From NCBI RefSeq assembly GCF_021028975.2, contig NC_059440.1, positions 31,124,001 through 31,188,000 on the forward strand: a stretch of DNA of 64,000 nucleotides. The letters are read 5' to 3'. This document shows positions 56,667-64,000 of the stretch, piece after piece. The notes below the pieces were generated by a model. The model did not search any database. It was not told the DNA's origin and saw nothing but the letters and a program-made list of their open reading frames with translations. Numbering within the stretch: position 1 is the stretch's first letter; every line of letters starts with the position of its first letter. Source of the DNA: Sphaerodactylus townsendi. Its lineage: Eukaryota. The translations under genes and the position numbers were made by a program.

Positions 56667-58499
56667 TTATTAATTTAAGCTGCCATAACCAGGGAAAAAA
56701 GGCAGGATCAAAGAGATGGAAATTCAACGGGGCAGGCAGGGAGAGGAAGGATGACGGAGAAATCCTCATTGAACATCCTGCATTCCGTCCCCACGCAGGC
56801 TTAGCATTAAAGAGCTCAATTTTCAAAAGAGATAATTTATGAGCAACACACAGCAGATGCCCCACCACTTTTACAAAATGACACGTTTGCATTCATTTAT
56901 TTACATTCCACTTTTCTCTCCAGTTGAGACTCAAAGCTTCTCCACCCCTCCGTTCTCCCATAACAACAACCCTATGAGGTAGGGCAGAGTGAGAATGTGT
57001 AACAGGCCCAAGCTCCCTTAGATTTCCATGACAACATCAGGTGGGATAGAATTTTTTTTTAAATAGACAGAGTTTGTTTCATGTAACCATTCCCACTGAG
57101 AAAGAAGGCAGTGTCACTTAGAGGTAGAGCATGTGATTCACATTCACAAGGGATCTAGCATCAGAGAGACATTAGGACTTTGCTGCAGGTGTTTTGAGAT
57201 CTTAAATTGGGGATTGTCTATCTTCACCTCTTAAACCCATTAGCTTAGATAACTTATTGCCACAAGAGGCCAGCAGCTTAGTTAGCACTGAAAAGGGATT
57301 AGACCAGTTCAGAGAGGTCACACAGTTCTAACTATGGCTATTAAAGCAGATCACTGAAAAGAAATCACATCTGTAGGGGACATATACATCTGGATACCAG
57401 GCATGGTGGAAGGGGGCAAACAAGGGAAGGCCACGTGTGAGAATCAAGAGACTGCTGGACAAATTTGGGGCAGTCTGATGGAGCTTTGATCTGGCCCTGA
57501 AAAGCAAACGGCAAGCAGATTCCTCCCCAACCTATACCAGGCCTACATTAGCAACCCCCCTCCCCCCCGCCACATCCCAACCAGCCATCCCACTGACTTT
57601 GAAGATGCGGGTTGGATTTTCACAAGCCAGACATGGTTCTCGTATCCGTTCCCGAGAGGCGGGAAGACCACGGCAGCTGCAACACAAGGCTGGATCCAGC
57701 TGTTTTCCTGCAACCACAAAAAGAGAATGCATCGGTGAATGCCCAGGGCCTGACCTCTCCGTCTTAGACCTTCCAGGGGTTGAGGGAATATCCTCACTTT
57801 GTTGGGGCGCCATCATGCCGCCATGCTCCAGCTTGCTCGTGGCCTAGGGCAGGGGACACACTGTTCCAGCTGTCCCTTGCCCAGGGGCATCATGCTTTGC
57901 CTCCACCTGCTTCCTGACACACCAAGCACAAACAAAGCCATGCTCTCCTGCAGCACCACCCACGTGCCTTCCATGACATGCAAAACGCCCAAAGCAGCTG
58001 CCCCTGTGCATTCTGCATACACGCATGAACTCTGTTGCCAATGCCCCACATACATGCTAACTCACCCCGCAGTGAGGCAGAGACAAAGAGATCTACTGTA
58101 GGGTTGTCCAGCTCTGGCCCTCCATATGTTTATGCACTATGATTCCCATCAGCCAATGGAAGTGCATGAACATATGGAGAGCCAGAGCTGGACAACCCTG
58201 TGTTTAAACCTTCCCACCTCAGCAAGCAGCCCTGATACTTCCCAGACCTACCCCATGTGTGTCCAGATGTTCATGCACTACGATTCCCATCAGCCCCTGC
58301 CACCAGGCAAACGGAGCTGCCTTTGCACATGTTCTGGATAACCTCTGGAACCACCGCCCTGAACACGCGCACCTACCTGCAGCCAGCTCCCAAAGCTGAG
58401 TGCCCAAGGCTGGGGCGTGGCCAGCAACCTATCCCCTGCCAACCCGTGTCTTCTACACGTGAACGACCTGCATGCCCAAAACATGCCTTTCTTTGCTCG

Positions 58500-58900
58500 C
58501 GTGACAGCACCGGACACGCTTCCGCCTTCCCCTCCGCCCCGCCCCAAGTTCACACGAGTGTGCAAAGAGAGCAGGGCCCCCGCACCCGAGAGGCCGTCCG
58601 TCTCCTCTGCACGCGGTGACACGCGTCACGGCCCCTCGCTGGCGTCCAGGGCAACTTCCCCGCTCACCTTCAACCTCCTTTCCCTTTGCGCCGAAGCAGG
58701 TCGGAACCCAGCCCCGGGAACTGAGCGTCGGCGGAGAGCGCCTGCCGTGACGTCACTCCACCTGCGACAACCCCGGCCCCGCTGCCCCATGGGAACTGTA
58801 GTTTTCTTTCTGCATCCCAGCCCACGGCGTCCCGTTCCCCATCCCAAGGGGAGAAGTGGAGGGGTGCCAACCTCCCGGGGGAGGGGGCGAGGTGCTTCAC
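58500..58900 (-). promoter_or_regulatory. MFN2 CpG-island promoter and non-coding exon 1 (donor after 58668)
   Basis: CpG-dense; full CRE TGACGTCA at 58748-58755; ZNF143/SBS-type ACTACAGTTCCCA at ~58790-58802; AAG|GTGAG donor. Confidence 0.7.
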
Positions 58901-60928
58901 AGAGAGGAGTTTCGTTGGAGGAAATGGCAGCTGCAGCCGGCTGTAAAGCATCGCAGTCCTGCAGGATCCCTGCTTGCTCTAAGCTAAACGCCCCCCCCCC
59001 CCATCTCCCAGGCTGGAGGTGGCAACCGTTGTGAAGGTCGACAGGATGGTCCCCACGCTGGAAGGAAGCCAAGGAAAGAGATTCCACACGGACCCACCTC
59101 TTAGGTACAGCGCTGTGGCTTCCTTGGAAGAAGGGCAGGATGCAAATAAAATGAAGCAAAAGGAATCCATGCAAGGTAGAGAAATGTTGCATTCAGTAAG
59201 AACTGCTCTGCTGGATCACACTGCATTTGGCCTAGAATTCTGTTTCCATGAAATGCTTCCAGAGAACTCACAAAGTACAAAGGCCCCAACAATCAATACT
59301 CAGGGATTGGGGTGTGTGTGTGTGTATCTTGAGATATTCCTATGCAGCTTCACTGGCGCAGATGCTCCAGGGGTGTGTGGACTCCTCTGCACAGAATAAA
59401 GACAGCAAGTAACCTCCCAAGCTTTCAATAATTTCTCCAATAAAGGTGACGAGATTGATCACACAAATGTGCTCTAGAAAACTGCCTGCATGCATACAAA
59501 GGAATCACCAGCATCAAAGATTTGGCTGTTTTTGTAAAAGGTTTAATGTAAAAATCTCCAGTTGAAACTCTGTACACCTAGACCCTCTAAGTGATTTTTA
59601 ATACATCTAAAATAAGGGTTGATTCTATTGAATAAATACGTGCGGCTCTTGGAAAGCTTCTCACCAGTGCTGGATCTGAGCAGCTTTGAACACAGCACAA
59701 AAGTGCAAAGAAACAACTGCGCACGTAATTGGAGCACAGGTGCATTTGTCACTCACATTGCTGTAATGGTCCAGCCAGACTCCTCTCCTTCTGCCCAGTG
59801 GCTGCCAGAAAAAACGAACGTGATGCCAAAGTAGAACTGCAGCTGTCAAGTATTCTTATTTGCATGATTTAAAATAAAGATGGCACTATGCAGAAGCAGA
59901 GGCACTTGGCGCATGCTCAGAGGCACTATATCCTATTCCATACACTGATATTTCAAACAGGCCAGAAGACAAAAGAACACTGTTCATGATCCATTTTGAA
60001 CTGGAACCCACTGACATGTTTTAGAAAAATAACATGTTTTCTCCACTGGAAAGCAAAGATCTCTTCACAAGTTCAGAGGCTCTCCAGAAGTGAGAATTTA
60101 TAAAACTAGCAGCCTAGCTTGAGCTGGTTAAACTGGGGATAATGAACTGGCTGCCACCACCCAGCTTCCAAGGTTCAGGGAAGATGGGCTTAGAAGGGGC
60201 TTAGAAGGCCCTTTGCCCTCTCCTGTGCCCTCCCTCCCGTTCCACGTTAAATAGGCTCTTGCAGCAGAACCCACCTGGCCGGAGGAGGGCAGGTGGGTCT
60301 GCAAAATGCCTTCAGCCACACCTGGATCTGGTGTCTTCCTTACAGAAAATGGGGCAAACTCCAGTTGAAGAGAGTTCACATATTCTGCTATGGATTGTGG
60401 AATGCTTCCAACTTTGGGAGCGACTTCTAACCGAGAGGCATTCTCTGGGCATTTGCTTTGGCATAACTGACTGGAGAGAATCCCTTTCTTCAGTTACAAA
60501 GGATTCACGAGCATTCAGATGCACTAAAAATAAATTCACTAAAAATAGCACCACGCAAGGACCTTGCAATCCTTCACAGCTCTCAACTATGCTGCGGCTT
60601 CAAGCTTTGTTCTTTCCAACAGAAACGAGTTTTTGTTTGCAGACTGGAGAAAGTAGAGATGGAGCAGGTGGGGTAGGTGTCTTCCCCACCTCTTCAAAAC
60701 AACAGCAGAATGGTCAAACCAAGATGACCCCCGCCCCCCTGTTGCAGAGTAGAAATCCAAGTTAAGGAACATGAATCAGAAACAGGAGGGGGTCCAATCT
60801 AGAGAAGCTGTGTGGGTGTGAAATTATAACACAAATACGTATCCTGGTGAAAAAGTTTCCAAGATGTTTTCTTTTGGTGCAAAATCTGATATGATATTCC
60901 TCGTGTTCTCTTTTCAGAAAGCGCATCT

Positions 60929-63885
<2,957 letters not shown>

Positions 63886-64000
63886 CTGCAGGATGCAAAG
63901 GAAAACAAACTAGCTGCTGCAAGGCAAAACCCTCTGCAGTGAGTGCTGCAGAAACACACAGGCCTTTTCAAGCCGCCTCACTCCTCCTTCTCGCAGGAAA

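Noticed and set aside
58417-59192. Long overlapping ORFs at the MFN2 5' end
   Set aside because: Stop-poor CpG-island sequence with no coding homology.

Overview
Vertebrate genomic DNA, most likely a squamate and probably a gecko (judged from the abundant Squam3-like CORE-SINEs, Penelope-like fragments, CR1 and hAT MITEs). All recognisable genes lie on the minus strand. From right to left: the last six coding exons of PLOD1; complete MFN2 (17 coding exons, 757 aa); complete MIIP (9 coding exons, 461 aa); a two-exon gene that the ORF track only shows in pieces, encoding a 174-aa secreted THSD8-like thrombospondin-type protein with its own CCAAT/RFX promoter and polyA signal; complete TNFRSF8/CD30 (11 exons, 499 aa); single-exon RNF186; and a CpG-rich promoter of a further gene running off the left edge. 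Exons were assembled by hand from GT-AG sites, phase and recalled homology, without database searches. Main points of interest: the THSD8-like gene; substitution of two PINK1 phosphosites in MFN2 (S378C, S442F); two conserved exons whose 3' splice-site tracts are supplied by retroelements; a disrupted PLOD1 exon; TNFRSF8 next to RNF186 with no TNFRSF1B; minimal hammerhead ribozyme motifs in Penelope-like foldbacks; and a sense-oriented solo LTR in CD30 intron 1.
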